DNA of 64,000 nucleotides from Candidatus Collierbacteria bacterium (GTDB lineage Bacteria; Patescibacteriota; Microgenomatia; UBA1400; JACPES01): NCBI GenBank assembly GCA_016183365.1, contig JACPES010000003.1, positions 409,154 to 473,153 of the forward strand, read 5' to 3'. Shown piece by piece: positions 63,186 to 64,000 of this stretch (position 1 is its first letter; each line of letters starts with the position of its first letter). The notes under the pieces were generated by a model. It saw only the letters and a program-made list of their open reading frames with translations, ran no database searches and was not told where the DNA came from. The position numbers and the translations under genes were made by a program.

Positions 63186-64000
63186 ATGTCTAAGGGAAGA
63201 GAAGATATGAATGGGTATTCTGCAACTCATTTGGATCGAGGACCACAAGAGCTTGAAGAAAGGATTACTGCAAATATTCTTGGAATTGTTTCCACGCCAG
63301 AAGGAAAATCACAGCTTTCGAGGATGAAACAATCGCAGGTTGATTTTTTTGCGACTGCTATTTCGCGAATCGCCGAGGGAAAGGATAGGGATAAAACCCC
63401 TCAGGAATTTGTGGCATTAATGGCCGCTTTAATTGACAAAGAATATTTTGAAACCGGTGCTTCGGAAATTGCCGGTACCAAGGATAGATTAAGGAGTGGA
63501 TTTGTGGCGGTAACGCCTCATTTTGGAATTGCAAAGGCTACTAAAATTACAGCTGAAGAACTCGGGCAAGCATGTAAAACATCCGGAGTCAAACCTGATT
63601 ATTTAGAGAAATTAGGAATGCCGCCAAATAATGAACCATTTTTATTAAGAGCGGCAGCCATATATAAGACAATCTTTGGTTCATTAGGCGGACCCGAAAA
63701 GGTTAATCCTCACGAATTAATTATGTGGTATCCATATCCGTTTGATGAATTACAGCGAGATTGTGGTATAGCCGGAATTTTTCTTGATAGAGAAGGTCAG
63801 TATACCGAAATGGAAACACGGTTGGATGATTTATTTAATCAAGACAGAGCGAACAATAAGATACCGGTGGCACTCATGTATCCAGAAGCCGGAACTACCG
63901 GGAAAAGGAGTGAGGATGGGAATCCCTACGGTCTTGGGCCATTCAAAACAGGATTTCTTGTTTATGCTATGCACTGTGGTATTCCCGTTGTTCCGATCGT
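63186..64000 (+). CDS. Partial CDS running off the window end; acyltransferase-like (PlsC/LPLAT-like) is tentative
   Basis: ORF starts at the ATG at 63186 and is still open at 64000; MYPEAGTTGKRS and LGPFKTG weakly resemble PlsC motifs III and IV; no clean HX4D. Confidence 0.3.
   Translation, partial: MSKGREDMNGYSATHLDRGPQELEERITANILGIVSTPEGKSQLSRMKQSQVDFFATAISRIAEGKDRDKTPQEFVALMAALIDKEYFETGASEIAGTKDRLRSGFVAVTPHFGIAKATKITAEELGQACKTSGVKPDYLEKLGMPPNNEPFLLRAAAIYKTIFGSLGGPEKVNPHELIMWYPYPFDELQRDCGIAGIFLDREGQYTEMETRLDDLFNQDRANNKIPVALMYPEAGTTGKRSEDGNPYGLGPFKTGFLVYAMHCGIPVVPI

Noticed and set aside
1..64000. tRNA, rRNA, transposase or integrase genes
   Set aside because: The longer intergenic regions (5759-5860, 9299-9440, 17132-17253, 30334-30402, 47617-47740, 50176-50349, 52524-52708, 62120-62314, 63010-63185) were read. 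None shows tRNA T-loop/acceptor features or rRNA-like conservation. No ORF has DDE, tyrosine or serine recombinase motifs. Mobile sequence here appears to be non-autonomous small elements only.

Overview
The window is low-GC and densely coding, with mostly short overlapping genes; it resembles a Candidate Phyla Radiation (Microgenomates/Parcubacteria-like) genome, though that placement is an inference. About the first 47.6 kb is one large cell-surface glycan biosynthesis island. It holds a Wzm/Wzt-type ABC exporter and a nonulosonic-acid (pseudaminic-acid-like) module: PseB-type 4,6-dehydratase, NeuB/PseI-family synthase, a Pse-associated-type methylase and a TagF/KpsS-like GT-B protein. It also holds a NodU/CmcH carbamoyltransferase flanked by two tiny membrane proteins (SxtJ/SxtK-like arrangement), two NAD-dependent sugar dehydratases (one UXS-like) and a DegT-family aminotransferase. 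Further genes are a GT2 polyprenol-phosphate-sugar synthase, a small ArnE-like permease, at least eight large polytopic GT-C/YfhO-like membrane proteins, many GT4 and GT2 glycosyltransferases and two hexapeptide acetyltransferases. The island also has three SAM methyltransferases, an O-antigen-ligase-like protein, ManC and an initiating polyprenyl-phosphate sugar transferase. Downstream lie recO; glyS with an unusual leader; the mraZ-rsmH-ftsL-ftsI-murE start of the dcw cluster, with a recognisable MraZ operator; glmS, nagB, a yvcK-like gene and a GlmU-N-terminal-like nucleotidyltransferase; a HEPN/MNT toxin-antitoxin pair flanked by promoter-bearing direct repeats; and a partial acyltransferase-like gene. 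No tRNA, rRNA, CRISPR array, transposase or integrase was recognised. The most unusual property is the density of small repeat elements. There are several families of palindromic hairpin-forming elements (GTCATTCC...GGAATGAC; a 78-bp palindrome gtgaagttt...aaacttcac; double aaaggccaggccttt hairpins; a gatccgaat/attcggat element) and many heptanucleotide tandem arrays. Many copies sit in frame inside conserved protein-coding genes, reminiscent of Rickettsia palindromic elements. Some insertions are flanked by duplicated heptamer arrays, which resemble target-site duplications.
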